Positions 16,902 through 27,255 of a DNA stretch of 64,000 nt are shown piece after piece; within the stretch, counting starts at the first letter, position 1; the number at the start of each line of letters is the position of its first letter. This DNA is from Escherichia phage LHE287. Under the pieces are notes generated by a model. The model did not search any database, was not told the DNA's origin, and worked only from the letters and a program-made list of their open reading frames with translations. The stretch lies in sequence record PP761450.1. The stretch is one strand, 5' to 3'. Both the position numbers and the translations under genes were made by a program.

Positions 16902-19658
16902 ATGAAAATGCGCAAGTCCGAGCACTTTATCCGCTCGTCGTCTTCCATTCAGGGGCAGGCGTTCAACGTGAAGATGAACGATAAGATGTTTGAGACTCTG
17001 TTCTCATCATTGTATCGTTACAAAGAGGCTGCAGCCCTGCGCGAAACCGTCTGTAACGCCATCGACTCCCATGGCATGCGTGATCGTATGCACCGTATGA
17101 TAGCATCCCACTACGCGCCTCTCACTCCGCCTCCTGCCCGCCATAGCAAATACCTTGCACCGAAGGGTAAGCAGGTTGTTGTGCATCTACCTGATGACTT
17201 TGAACCATGGCTGGAAATCCGTGATTACGGCATCGGTCTGCCACTCGAGAAGATCATTGGCGAGCCTATCCCAGCGCAGGAAGATGAGGTGCTGCTGGAA
17301 GGCAACATGGTGGTCAAGGAAGACGAGATCCCTGACTCAGCTGAGGTCATCGGCGTGCCTGCGTTCTATAATGGTGGTCTAGTGTTCCGTCGCGAGGATG
17401 GTGAAATCATTCGTACGCCTGGGTTGTATACCACTCTCTTCCACAGCACGAAGGAAGAAGATGATGATCAGATTGGGGCATTCGGTCTTGGCTCCAAATC
17501 ACCATTTGCGGTATCGGATTCGTTCACTGTGGAAAGCCGCATGGACGGTAAACTCCATCGCTTCCTGATGTACCTGAATGCCAAGCGCATCCCGACTGTT
17601 GATCTGATCACCAAAGATCTTGAAACCCGTGATCCTAAGCCGGAAGACACCGATGAGTTCAATGGCATGACGGTAAAGATCCCGGTGAAGAACGCTCGCT
17701 TCTCCGCATTCTCTGATGAACTGGTCCGTCTTGGTCGTGTTATGCGCCCTGAACAACGTCCAATTGTTGAGAACGCTTCATACCGCTTCAGCTGGGAAGA
17801 TATCAGTTATGATTTCAAGGTCAACAACACGTACATCCAGCCGAAAGGCCAGGGGAACACCCATTATGCTGTAATGGGTGGCGTGTCGTACCCGATTGAC
17901 CTGAATCAGCTCGACCCAGACACTTCCTCTATCATGAGTAAGTTCCCGTCGTCTTATACATTCTTTGAACTTGGCTCGCTGAACGTACCACCGTCGCGTG
18001 AAGACCTTTCATATGACGAATTCACGCGTGAGACGCTCTCTGAGGAGTTTAAGGGCACCGCCAATGCAATCTTGACAGAAAAGATGCGTGACCTGGAGCT
18101 GGCGTGTAAGCGCGGTCCTCTTGCCCTGTATATGGAGAAGGTAAAACTGAGTGAAATGTTCGGCAGTGGGTTCCGCAAGATGGTTGAAAAGGAATACCCG
18201 GCTGACAAGCGCTTCCACGATTCATATTACCGTTACCCGCTGCCTGTTGAGATTGATCGCGATTATGACCATACCGCGCCGTTCAATGAGCTGTCATCGC
18301 CGTTCTCTATGGAGATCTTCTATGACTGGGGTGAGTCCAGTAATTTGACCATTTCAGAAATCCAGAAGTGGATTGATCGCGGCCAGCATGTTACTGTGGT
18401 GATCGAAGATAGTGTTCGTGCTCGTAACCTGAAGATCAAGCAGCTGAAAGATACAGGGACGATAGTCATCGTGGCCAAGCCGAACACATCCTATGTCACC
18501 AAGCGCAACCAATCTAAGGACAACCCTGCGTTCAAGAATTCTCAGGCTCTCTATGATTTCTTTGAAACTTGGATTGGTAAAGAAGAAACGACGATTGATT
18601 ATCTGTGCTTCGCTGACAAGTTCGTCGATTGGCTGAGTGCGGTGTTGGAGCCTGCTGAAGTCAAGTTCATGAACGAACTGTCGTATGTCACGCCCCCGGT
18701 CACCAAAGACCCTGGCCTGTTTCCGTTCACGCGCAGCAACTTCGACATATACCAGTATGAAGAACTGACGGGCGACCAGATCTCAGATATCATCAACAAG
18801 GGCGAGCGCATCGTCTATATTGAGGTGTCTGGACATGCGTGTATCCATCAGGTGATGGACAGAACGTTGACGACTGCGGCGGCGCGGGGTATTCGTAAAT
18901 CTCTGTATGAGCACGCAGTCAGTGTCGACGATGAAGGCAAGCCAGTGTACATCAGCGATATGTTGAACGTTCACAACCGAATCTTCTTGGCTCGTCGTAA
19001 ATCCGTGCCAATGATGAAGAAGTTCCCAGAGGTCTTCATACCGATCGATGAAATCCTGAAGATCATGTTGGAAAACGTGAAGCCTATGATGGAGCGCGAT
19101 AGCGCCAGGCGCATACTGGAATCATACCGCCGCATGCGCCTTGGGGCGGATCGATTAAAATACGGGAGCCATCTGGTTCATCAGGCGTTTGGTGATGTTG
19201 AAGACGATCGTTATGGCAAATTGGTCAGCCGTTACAACAAGTTAATGAAAGTTGTGGACGATATCTTGGATGAGCAGACTGTACGTCATTACCAAAGCCT
19301 GGCGAAAGCCCCGGTTTCAATCAATGACAAGCGTCGATTTAGCCATTTCCAGGACACAATACATTCTCTTAACGTGAATTTGTACGCCAACGAGCGTGAC
19401 GAAAAGATCTTCCGTTCAGAACATCAGATGCTACAGATCTTTGAATGCGCTTCGGATGTGTTGCGGTTTCATGGATTTACACCGTTTGATATATCGAGGA
19501 CTCCGTCATTGAAAGCAAGGCGGGAAAACCGATTGACCATCGAGCGTCATCGTGTTGTCCGGTTCTTGAAAGAGAATTACAAACCGAGCGCCCTGAACCC
19601 GATTGAAAATTCTTCGGATTACTTGGAAGTTATTTCAAATTCCATTATCAGGGCATAA
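16902..19658 (+). CDS. rIIA: rIIA-like protein with GHKL-type ATPase domain (918 aa)
   Basis: GHKL N-box-like ETVCNAIDSH and G1-box-like IRDYGIGLP; size and position upstream of the topoisomerase genes as in T4; start codon choice uncertain. Confidence 0.45.
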   Translation: MKMRKSEHFIRSSSSIQGQAFNVKMNDKMFETLFSSLYRYKEAAALRETVCNAIDSHGMRDRMHRMIASHYAPLTPPPARHSKYLAPKGKQVVVHLPDDFEPWLEIRDYGIGLPLEKIIGEPIPAQEDEVLLEGNMVVKEDEIPDSAEVIGVPAFYNGGLVFRREDGEIIRTPGLYTTLFHSTKEEDDDQIGAFGLGSKSPFAVSDSFTVESRMDGKLHRFLMYLNAKRIPTVDLITKDLETRDPKPEDTDEFNGMTVKIPVKNARFSAFSDELVRLGRVMRPEQRPIVENASYRFSWEDISYDFKVNNTYIQPKGQGNTHYAVMGGVSYPIDLNQLDPDTSSIMSKFPSSYTFFELGSLNVPPSREDLSYDEFTRETLSEEFKGTANAILTEKMRDLELACKRGPLALYMEKVKLSEMFGSGFRKMVEKEYPADKRFHDSYYRYPLPVEIDRDYDHTAPFNELSSPFSMEIFYDWGESSNLTISEIQKWIDRGQHVTVVIEDSVRARNLKIKQLKDTGTIVIVAKPNTSYVTKRNQSKDNPAFKNSQALYDFFETWIGKEETTIDYLCFADKFVDWLSAVLEPAEVKFMNELSYVTPPVTKDPGLFPFTRSNFDIYQYEELTGDQISDIINKGERIVYIEVSGHACIHQVMDRTLTTAAARGIRKSLYEHAVSVDDEGKPVYISDMLNVHNRIFLARRKSVPMMKKFPEVFIPIDEILKIMLENVKPMMERDSARRILESYRRMRLGADRLKYGSHLVHQAFGDVEDDRYGKLVSRYNKLMKVVDDILDEQTVRHYQSLAKAPVSINDKRRFSHFQDTIHSLNVNLYANERDEKIFRSEHQMLQIFECASDVLRFHGFTPFDISRTPSLKARRENRLTIERHRVVRFLKENYKPSALNPIENSSDYLEVISNSIIRA

Positions 19659-19689
19659 TAGTCCTGTTAACCAACGTGGGAACTACAAG

Positions 19690-21255
19690 ATGAACAAGAT
19701 TGACGAAAAGATCCTGAAGTATTTGAAGGAAGGCAAAAGCCAGAGCGCAATTGCTACTCTGTTGGGCATACCCCGCTCGACTGTACAACGTGTTTCCGAC
19801 AAGGAAATCGGTGTTGACCCTACTTCACTGAAATCCCTGACAACAGATCAGATCGCCAATATCCAAAGGGATTCGGCGGCAGGTAATGTCAGCAATGCAT
19901 TCTTGGCCAAGGTGTACGGTGTGTCCGCCAAGACCATTGCTCGCGCTCTGTTGGTCCGCATTACCGAGGAGGAAAACAAGGTAACTGTGATCTCTCCTAT
20001 CAAGCCGGAAGAGCAGGAAGTGTTCGAGGTCCAACCGGGCGGCACGGCCAAAGACAAAGATGGCACAGAATGGTATGTTGGGGCATATCTGCCGAACCAC
20101 AACAAGTATCTGTGTCTCACTAACGACGGCAATTTCAAAGGGGCTTTCTTTGAAAAGTCTGAATTGACTCCTGTAGAAGGTGATAGTCGCGCTTTCGATG
20201 TTGAAGCTATCGGCGAGATGGCAGAAATTTCTGTGGCGCTGTCAGAAGGTGCGGACAAAGTTCCGAGCAACGTTGAAATCAGCGTTGTGGTTGACGGGGA
20301 AACCTATCCTATCCGTGGATCCTTGGATGCCCGTCGCCGTGTTGGTTACTTTGATGGCATCCTCGGTCGCACCCTGCGTCTGGCTCTGTCTTCTGTAGAA
20401 TTCACCGTCGCTGTCAAAGACGTTGAAGAAGTGGCTGATGATAAGAAGACCAAGCAGGACTTCGGCGCGAAAGACCTGGACGTGTTCCTGAACGAACACC
20501 AGATCCTGATTCTGCCTGACAGCGTTGTTATCGCGATTGACGGCAAGCCGGAAACGATCACCACTTCACACCCGGCCTATGACCGCATCGTACAGGCGAT
20601 CAAAGACAAAGACGTGAAGCTGGCATACTCGCTGATGCGCCCTCGTGAAGCCATCGCGAAGTACGCTGCTGGTCTGGTTGACATCACTGACAATCGCGTT
20701 CGTTGGTCCGGTCATGACATCACAGGCACATCCATCGCCAAGCGTGTACTGGCGCTGATGCTGAAGGGTGACTTCCACAACCTAGACCGCATGGCGAAGT
20801 TTATGGACAAAATGTTCCAGAACCCGTCGGCTTCTCTGGTTCAGTCTGGGCGCATCTATGAGTTCATGGCGTACTCTGACATCGAAATTGACGAAGATGG
20901 TGACATCATCCTCTACAAATCGGTGCGCGGCAACTACATGGACAAGCACAGCAACACGATCAGCAACGCCCCAGGCACTATCGTGCGGATGGCTCGCTCA
21001 TTCGTGAACGACAACAACTCTGACCTGTGTTCATACGGTTTGCACGTTTGTTCCCTGGCCTATCTGAAACAGTGCTTCGGTTCTGTTGGCCAGCGCGTTG
21101 TTCGCTGTAAGCTGAACCCGAAAGACATCGTGTCTATTACCAACGACTATGGATCCAGCAAGATCCGCTGCTGTGAATACCTGGTGTTGGATGACTACAC
21201 TGCTGAGTACAACCGCCAGCACAAGTCTATTGACGTGACAGGCCTGTACAAGTAA
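19690..21255 (+). CDS. rIIB: rIIB-like protein with N-terminal HTH motifs (521 aa)
   Basis: Immediately downstream of the rIIA-like gene; two HTH-like segments (SQSAIATLLGIPRSTVQRV and VSNAFLAKVYGVSAKTIARAL); assignment by synteny only. Confidence 0.3.
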   Translation: MNKIDEKILKYLKEGKSQSAIATLLGIPRSTVQRVSDKEIGVDPTSLKSLTTDQIANIQRDSAAGNVSNAFLAKVYGVSAKTIARALLVRITEEENKVTVISPIKPEEQEVFEVQPGGTAKDKDGTEWYVGAYLPNHNKYLCLTNDGNFKGAFFEKSELTPVEGDSRAFDVEAIGEMAEISVALSEGADKVPSNVEISVVVDGETYPIRGSLDARRRVGYFDGILGRTLRLALSSVEFTVAVKDVEEVADDKKTKQDFGAKDLDVFLNEHQILILPDSVVIAIDGKPETITTSHPAYDRIVQAIKDKDVKLAYSLMRPREAIAKYAAGLVDITDNRVRWSGHDITGTSIAKRVLALMLKGDFHNLDRMAKFMDKMFQNPSASLVQSGRIYEFMAYSDIEIDEDGDIILYKSVRGNYMDKHSNTISNAPGTIVRMARSFVNDNNSDLCSYGLHVCSLAYLKQCFGSVGQRVVRCKLNPKDIVSITNDYGSSKIRCCEYLVLDDYTAEYNRQHKSIDVTGLYK

Positions 21256-21272
21256 CCAAACCCCATCCACCA

Positions 21273-21292
21273 AGGAGGCTCCGGCCTCCTTT
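21273..21292 (+). terminator. terminator-like hairpin
   Basis: AGGAGGC-tccg-GCCTCCT followed by TT; same GGCTCCGGCC core as the hairpin at 23350. Confidence 0.45.
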
Positions 21293-21479
21293 CAGTTCGA
21301 AGGCGAGACCAGGGAATACTCCCACAAACAATTCCCTCCCCGTGAAGTTCATGACCAACAGTTCGTGAAATTGTTCTGTCGCTGTGGTGGTTGCGACTTC
21401 ACAGACGAAGGATATGCGATGCACGTATACTGCTGCAATTGCTGTGGTAAATACGTAACAGTCTATAGGAGAACCGAAC

Positions 21480-21905
21480 ATGGCGAAGAAACCTGAAGTC
21501 AAGAAAGTTGAAATTAAAACCGAAGCCCCAGTCGATGACATCCAGGCGAAGGAGGAAGGTGTGTTGCCTACCTACCTACAACGCGCCATCGATAACATCC
21601 CTCCAGGGGGAGACGGAGGCGTCGTCTACGCTGGCGGGTACGGTTGGGTGTGCGAATACCAAGACGGCACGAAGGAACTCCTCCAGGAGCTTCCAGGGCT
21701 GGCTGCGACCCTCAAGCGTTATGGTCGCGACAAGTTCGGCAAGCCGTTTGAAACCGGGGCTGTGATTGAAACCAACATCACAGTCGAGACTCTGAACCTG
21801 CTGGGTGAAGATGATCTCAAGTTGTTGGCTGCGCCGCTGGGTATCACAGAAGAAGATCGCATTCAGCTGATTGCGAAGCTGATCGAAAAATTGCAGATTA
21901 AATAA
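21480..21905 (+). CDS. hypothetical protein (141 aa)
   Basis: ATG with AGGAGA RBS. Confidence 0.5.
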   Translation: MAKKPEVKKVEIKTEAPVDDIQAKEEGVLPTYLQRAIDNIPPGGDGGVVYAGGYGWVCEYQDGTKELLQELPGLAATLKRYGRDKFGKPFETGAVIETNITVETLNLLGEDDLKLLAAPLGITEEDRIQLIAKLIEKLQIK

Positions 21906-21935
21906 GCCGGTGTACAACAGCTGAACTTATTCAAT

Positions 21936-22328
21936 ATGCCTATCGTTGACGAAAGCAACTTGATGGATTATGCACTGAGGCATTATATTGTAGATTCTGT
22001 CTCGTGGGATGAACTGCTGGTAGACATTCAGCGGATTTCGCTAATTAATCAATCATTGAAGAGATTTGTCCCTGGTAAGAGTCCTCGGTTGATTCTCAAT
22101 CAATTGATTACTGTCTTCAATACGTTCGAAACAGAGGCCGCTTGCCGTATGCTCGTTTTGAAGGTGGATAAGCCCCAGTTGCCACGCCTCAAGGCTGCTT
22201 TGTTGACATTAGGCGTATGGCGCGATGATTTATGTTCCGGTTCATACGAACCAGATAATGAGCTGATGATGGCTCTGAACAACGATTTGGATGAGTGGAG
22301 GAAACCATGCCAACGATCACTGTATTAG
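21936..22328 (+). CDS. hypothetical protein (130 aa)
   Basis: ATG-initiated ORF; no recognisable motif. Confidence 0.45.
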   Translation: MPIVDESNLMDYALRHYIVDSVSWDELLVDIQRISLINQSLKRFVPGKSPRLILNQLITVFNTFETEAACRMLVLKVDKPQLPRLKAALLTLGVWRDDLCSGSYEPDNELMMALNNDLDEWRKPCQRSLY

Positions 22329-23116
22329 TAGCACCGGAAGTTGTTCGCAACAAACCGGAAACTGAGCGTCTTCACACTGTAACAGGTACTGCTCGGGGTT
22401 GGGAAAAGACCAGTCTTAACCAAGACCCAGACGAGATCCTGACTGAGTGTAAAGGTCTGGATGCACTGCTGACCAAGAGCAATTTGCAGGCCGATGGCGT
22501 CACCAAAGTGGATCCAACCAAGCCCGTTGGCTTCCAGCTGTCTTATGAAATCCACGACCCAAGCGCTGTACTGACCACTGGCCTGACCATCACCCCTGAA
22601 ACTGCTAATGGTGAAGTCGGTCAGGTTGTTGAACTGAAGGCGGTCGTCGCTCCGGAGAACGCGACCTACCAGGGTGTCAACTGGTACTCTGGCGATCTGA
22701 CCAAAGCTGTGCACATCGGTGGTGGTAAATTCAAGCTGCTGGCGCCGGGTTCAGTGACTGTTTACGGTGTAACCATCGAAGGTGACCACACTGACTCTAC
22801 CGTCATCACAGTGGCTGGTGCTCTGTCTCTGTCTACCGATCTGGCTGCTTCTCAGGATGTAACAACAGGTGAATCCGCAACCTTCACCATCGCTGCTACA
22901 GGCGGCACTACCCCATACACACATACTTGGTACTTCTCTGATGTCCCTGGTGGTGAAGGTGAGGTGATCGATGCTGGCACTAACCCCACTGCTGCAACTG
23001 CGAGCCTGGTTATCACTACAGTTGCTGCCGAAAACGAGGGTGAGTACTGGTGTGTTGTTGAAGACGCTGACGGCCACTCTGTGACCTCTACTCGTTGCGA
23101 AATGGCTGCGGTCTAA
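22307..23116 (+). CDS. Ig-like-domain protein, possibly a Hoc-like capsid decoration protein or fibre component
   Basis: Bacterial Ig-like patterns (VTVYGVTIEGDHTDSTVITV; GEYWCVVEDADGHSVTS); internal ATG with GGAGGA RBS. Confidence 0.4.
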   Translation: MPTITVLVAPEVVRNKPETERLHTVTGTARGWEKTSLNQDPDEILTECKGLDALLTKSNLQADGVTKVDPTKPVGFQLSYEIHDPSAVLTTGLTITPETANGEVGQVVELKAVVAPENATYQGVNWYSGDLTKAVHIGGGKFKLLAPGSVTVYGVTIEGDHTDSTVITVAGALSLSTDLAASQDVTTGESATFTIAATGGTTPYTHTWYFSDVPGGEGEVIDAGTNPTAATASLVITTVAAENEGEYWCVVEDADGHSVTSTRCEMAAV

Positions 23117-23118
23117 TC

Positions 23119-23349
23119 ATGAAGGGCTTCCAGGACTTCCTTGAAGACTCGGCAGCCCCTGGAACCACGACCGCCGATGTGGGGAAACCCGAAGGCGGTA
23201 TGGTGAAAGAGCCTGTCAAGAAGCCCAAGGATCTTGAGGAAGAACAAGAGCAGACCTCCTTCCAAAAGATCTTTGGAAACATCTTCAAAGACCTCGACCT
23301 GAAGAATGCGCGAAAGTGGAACTTCAGGACAGGCAAATATGAAGACTAA
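23119..23349 (+). CDS. small charged protein (76 aa)
   Basis: First ATG of the track ORF 23095..23349; followed by a terminator. Confidence 0.4.
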   Translation: MKGFQDFLEDSAAPGTTTADVGKPEGGMVKEPVKKPKDLEEEQEQTSFQKIFGNIFKDLDLKNARKWNFRTGKYED

Positions 23350-23371
23350 AAGAGGCTCCGGCCTCTTTTTC
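23350..23371 (+). terminator. rho-independent terminator
   Basis: AGAGGC-tccg-GCCTCT followed by TTTTT. Confidence 0.7.
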
Positions 23372-23437
23372 ATTTCCAGCATTTGGTGTATAATGGAACC
23401 GTTCCCCATGAGCGGAACCTAACTGAGGATACACCAA

Positions 23438-23938
23438 ATGAAATCCATGGTCAAACGTAAAGTCGAAATCTCCCTGACTGCCCATATTGAAATGGTCCAA
23501 CAACTTATCCTGGATGCGTATGAAATCCAGAAAGATCGCCAATCGAGGGGAGGTGTGACGGACCCCACCTGTCCTGGAAACATACTGTACTATCGCATGC
23601 TGCGCCAGACTGGGCACACCGCCGCGCTGAAGAAGATTCTGTCCTATGATTTCCAGACAGAGAACAACCTCAACATCATGGGCGTCTTCCATAGCGTTAG
23701 TGAACGCGATTCTTTCTTCCGCTCCCGAGCAGGCGCGGATGTATCATTGCCCGATGTAGACAAGAAACAGCACACGACAACCATCTCCAATTACATGGGC
23801 ACGGGCATCGATAAAGCAAACATCATCGTGTTCTCTGATACGTTGCATGACCCCAAGCGCCTTGCATCTGCGCATGAAATGCTGCGGGAAGGTCGCAGCG
23901 CCCTCACTAATTTGACTTTAGTAGTGTTTCTGGGCTAG
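23438..23938 (+). CDS. hypothetical protein (166 aa)
   Basis: ATG with GAGGA RBS. Confidence 0.5.
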   Translation: MKSMVKRKVEISLTAHIEMVQQLILDAYEIQKDRQSRGGVTDPTCPGNILYYRMLRQTGHTAALKKILSYDFQTENNLNIMGVFHSVSERDSFFRSRAGADVSLPDVDKKQHTTTISNYMGTGIDKANIIVFSDTLHDPKRLASAHEMLREGRSALTNLTLVVFLG

Positions 23939-23987
23939 ATAGTTACAGGGGAGGAAACTCCCCTATTTCCCTAACAGGAGGTGCGCA

Positions 23988-24185
23988 ATGTACAAGTTCA
24001 GAATTAACAGAGAACGTAATTCGTTCAAATTCGGTGTAATCGCTGGGGTGTGTTTGTTCCTGGCGCTCGAAAGCGTTATCGGCCTGCTTACAACACCACA
24101 AATGCAGGTGACTCGTTACCTTCTTGCCATTATATTTTCTGTTGTCGGTTTACTCTGCTCCTATTTGGGGTGTGTGAAGAAATAA
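23988..24185 (+). CDS. small membrane protein (65 aa)
   Basis: Two hydrophobic segments; AGGAGG RBS. Confidence 0.45.
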   Translation: MYKFRINRERNSFKFGVIAGVCLFLALESVIGLLTTPQMQVTRYLLAIIFSVVGLLCSYLGCVKK

Positions 24186-24212
24186 ACTGGCTACACACAG
24201 CAATACTTTGAT

Positions 24213-24716
24213 TTGAGAAACTACATCATGATGCTGTTAATGAACGTTCCACAGAACAAGATGACCCCTGCAACAGAGGGTAAGAATCACTTCAACATCT
24301 ACAGCCGGAGCCAGACGGAACTCGGGCGCTTCCTCTCGCATTTTACCCATCATCCAATGACTACCCATGAACATGGTGTGTTTAACTCCATGGAGGGGTA
24401 CTGGTATTGGCTGAAGTATAGGGATGACAACCTGCGCCTGCTCGACGGTTATGAGGCCAAGCAATATGGACAGGGATTGGCGGCTTCTCGCGTCATTGTC
24501 CTGGACCCGTCTACCGAAGAATTCAAGCGCGATATCCTATTTGCAACTAGCATGAAACTCCAGACAATGCCTGAACGTCTGAAGATCAGATTGGCTTACA
24601 GTCGCCTACCCCTGATCCATGCATATGTTCAGAACGGGAAATACAGTTTTCAAAACTCTATGGACTATATCATTGCCCACATTAATCGTCTCCGCATACA
24701 AGGAACTTTGAAATGA
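24213..24716 (+). CDS. hypothetical protein (167 aa)
   Basis: ATG-initiated ORF; stop overlaps the next start. Confidence 0.45.
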   Translation: MRNYIMMLLMNVPQNKMTPATEGKNHFNIYSRSQTELGRFLSHFTHHPMTTHEHGVFNSMEGYWYWLKYRDDNLRLLDGYEAKQYGQGLAASRVIVLDPSTEEFKRDILFATSMKLQTMPERLKIRLAYSRLPLIHAYVQNGKYSFQNSMDYIIAHINRLRIQGTLK

Positions 24717-25294
24717 AATTTCTACACACTATCGTCGACACTTCTTATGACTGCACTGCTCATACCCCAGACCGTTCGCCTGTGTTTGTTCTGAACAAAC
24801 TAGGTGAAGAGATCTGTGAACTGTCTGATGTGTTTCATGGCATAGTATCTTCCGAGCCGTTGAATGGCGAAGTTGCTGATGTCATTATCTCTGCTATTGA
24901 CCTTCTGTACGTCATGGATTATGACGACGTCCAAATGCGCGGCTCTATGAACAAGGCCGAAATGATCGACTCTGTCATCAACCACATGGCGACAGTGAAC
25001 GATATTTCTTCTAATCTGTTGGAAGAAGACTGGTTCCGTCTGATTGATCGTGATCCTCAAAAGCATCTGAATCTTATCCATCATTATCATGGCCGGATTA
25101 TCCGATTGTGCAACCAGCCTTATCGCAGTCAAGACAGATTGGATCAACTCGTCAATGACCTAATCAAGCATGTTGCGCGCATGGGGTGTGGGGAAGGGGC
25201 GATCCGTGGATCCTCTTTGATGGCCACTCGCATTAAAGTGGAGCACGCTATTGAACACAAGGTTGAAAAGTGGCGTAGCAAATTTGGTCTATAA
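24713..25294 (+). CDS. MazG-like nucleoside triphosphate pyrophosphohydrolase (193 aa)
   Basis: MazG-type pattern LNKLGEEICELSD...EVADVIISAIDLLYV (EExxE...E..D). Confidence 0.4.
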   Translation: MKFLHTIVDTSYDCTAHTPDRSPVFVLNKLGEEICELSDVFHGIVSSEPLNGEVADVIISAIDLLYVMDYDDVQMRGSMNKAEMIDSVINHMATVNDISSNLLEEDWFRLIDRDPQKHLNLIHHYHGRIIRLCNQPYRSQDRLDQLVNDLIKHVARMGCGEGAIRGSSLMATRIKVEHAIEHKVEKWRSKFGL

Positions 25295-25343
25295 GCCAAT
25301 CCCATACATAATCTTGTGTGTTTACCATTGACGGGATAGGCCG

Positions 25344-27254
25344 ATGTCCAACAAAATTGATATTGAACGCAAGTACAAGAAGCTCACTCACGTTGAGCAT
25401 ATCCTACTCCGCCCAGAGCGTCATCTGGGTAGTATTCGTTCGTCTGTGGGGACGGTGTGGGTGTATGACCCAACTAAGGACAAAGTCATCTTCCGTGACA
25501 ACTTTGAGTACTCCCCCGCGCTGATCAAACAGTTTGATGAAATCATCACCAACTGTGTTGACCACAGCAAGACCCCTGAGGGCAAATCCCTGACGGAAAT
25601 CACCGTCACAGTTTCCCCGATGAACGGTCAAATCATCGTTGCTGACAACGGGGGTATCCCTGTGGTCAAGCATGGCGTCACCAACGAGTGGCTTCCTGAA
25701 ATGTTGTTCGGCTCTCTATATGCGGGATCGAACTTCAACGACGAAGACGAAGAGTACAACAACCAGAAGTCCGGTGGTCAGAATGGCGAAGGGGCGTCCC
25801 TCGTCAACGTGTTCTCCAAATGGTTCCGCGTCACGACTAATGACGGCAAGAAGTCTTATACTCAGACGTTTGAAGACAACATGAGCAAGAAATCTAACCC
25901 AGTCATCAGCAACGTGAACAGTCCTGGCACATCCATCGCCTGGATCCCTGACTATGCTCGTCTGGGCGTCAAAGGACTTGACCAGAACAACCTGCTGATG
26001 ATCTATCGCCGCGCGTTTGAAGTGGCTGCGTGTAACCCGCGCCTGAAGATTGTTCTCAACGGGAAGCAAATCCGGATTGACCGCTTTGGCCACTTCGTTG
26101 ATTACTTCCATGCTGGCTCGGCTGTTGACGAAACCGGGGATTGGTCTGTTGCTGTAGCCCCTTCATCCGGTACGTTCATGCACGCATCATACGTGAACTC
26201 TATTGCCACCCACATCGGTGGTCCTCACGTTGATTATGTTGCTGACCAGATCGTGGCAGCGATTCGTCCCCAGCTGGTGAAGAAGTTCAAGACCGAACTG
26301 AAGCCAGCAATGATCAAGAACCACATGTCCTTGTTCATCGCCGCCGACATCAACAACCCGCGCTTTGACAGCCAGACCAAGGAGCGCATGACCACTCCTG
26401 TCAGCCAGTTCGGTACGTCGTACAAGCCCAGTGATAAACTGATCCGCAAGGCGCTTGAGTTCGTTACGGCTGGTCTGAGCAAAGAACTGGCTTCCCTGCG
26501 CAATGAGCAGGACGATGCTGAGTTTGAAAAGGCCAAGAAGGACATCAGCAAGCGGGATTATCGTGAGATTGAGAAGTATTACCCGGCGACCGCCCGTGGT
26601 GACCGCAGCGGATGCTCCCTGTTGCTGACAGAGGGTGATAGTGCCTCCAATCCTATCCTGAACGCCCGCGACACCAAGAAGATCGGGTTGTTCCCGCTTC
26701 GTGGTAAGTTCATCAACTGCCTGAACGCCCCGCGCTCAAAGGTGATGAACAATGAAGAGTTCAAGAACCTGTGTACGATCCACGGCGGCGCAGTGCCAGG
26801 CCAGCCCCTTGATATCACCCGTTACCCACAGACTGTTGTGGCTACCGATGCGGACGATGACGGCATCCACATCCGTGGGTTGTTGATCACCCTGTATTGC
26901 ACCTACTGGCCGGAGTACGTCCGTCAGGGCAGGTTGAAGCTCCTGCGCACCCCTTACATGCGTGTGTGGTGTGGTAAGGTGATGCATGAGTTCATGAACA
27001 ACGCAGAGTATGAGGAGTTCCTGAAGACGCCTGATGCCAAGAAGATTACGAAGAAGAAATATCTGAAAGGTCTGGGTGGTAACAGCACTGAAGACTTCAA
27101 ACGTATTCTAAACAACCTGGATGCGTATACTACGACGGTCACGCTGGACGATGGCTATCAACAGTCACTGAAGAATGGCTTCGGTGATGAGGCCGCCGAT
27201 TACCGCAAAACCTGGTTTAGCGATGTTTGTCTATTTGAGACTGAGGATGAATAA
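25344..27254 (+). CDS. 39: DNA topoisomerase II large subunit (T4 gp39/gp60-like fused ATPase), 636 aa
   Basis: GyrB-type motifs EHILLRP and ADNGGIP; TOPRIM-like region; immediately followed by the gp52-like subunit. Confidence 0.85.
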   Translation: MSNKIDIERKYKKLTHVEHILLRPERHLGSIRSSVGTVWVYDPTKDKVIFRDNFEYSPALIKQFDEIITNCVDHSKTPEGKSLTEITVTVSPMNGQIIVADNGGIPVVKHGVTNEWLPEMLFGSLYAGSNFNDEDEEYNNQKSGGQNGEGASLVNVFSKWFRVTTNDGKKSYTQTFEDNMSKKSNPVISNVNSPGTSIAWIPDYARLGVKGLDQNNLLMIYRRAFEVAACNPRLKIVLNGKQIRIDRFGHFVDYFHAGSAVDETGDWSVAVAPSSGTFMHASYVNSIATHIGGPHVDYVADQIVAAIRPQLVKKFKTELKPAMIKNHMSLFIAADINNPRFDSQTKERMTTPVSQFGTSYKPSDKLIRKALEFVTAGLSKELASLRNEQDDAEFEKAKKDISKRDYREIEKYYPATARGDRSGCSLLLTEGDSASNPILNARDTKKIGLFPLRGKFINCLNAPRSKVMNNEEFKNLCTIHGGAVPGQPLDITRYPQTVVATDADDDGIHIRGLLITLYCTYWPEYVRQGRLKLLRTPYMRVWCGKVMHEFMNNAEYEEFLKTPDAKKITKKKYLKGLGGNSTEDFKRILNNLDAYTTTVTLDDGYQQSLKNGFGDEAADYRKTWFSDVCLFETEDE

Positions 27255-27255
27255 G

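Noticed and set aside
16902-19658. Alternative identity of the 918-aa GHKL-ATPase protein as a type II topoisomerase or MutL-like protein
   Set aside because: True topoisomerase II subunits are present at 25344..28587; the size, lack of TOPRIM motifs and pairing with a downstream HTH protein fit an rIIA/rIIB-like pair better.
21300-21480. Possible small Cys-rich peptide (…FCRCGGCDF…CCNCCGKY…) in the gap before 21480
   Set aside because: No ATG start and no RBS in that frame; only GTG/TTG candidates with poor context. Left unannotated.
25344-27254. Translational bypass (T4 gene 60-type hop) or intron in the topoisomerase large subunit
   Set aside because: The ORF is continuous for 636 aa with no internal stop or frame change, as expected for a fused gp39/gp60-type subunit.
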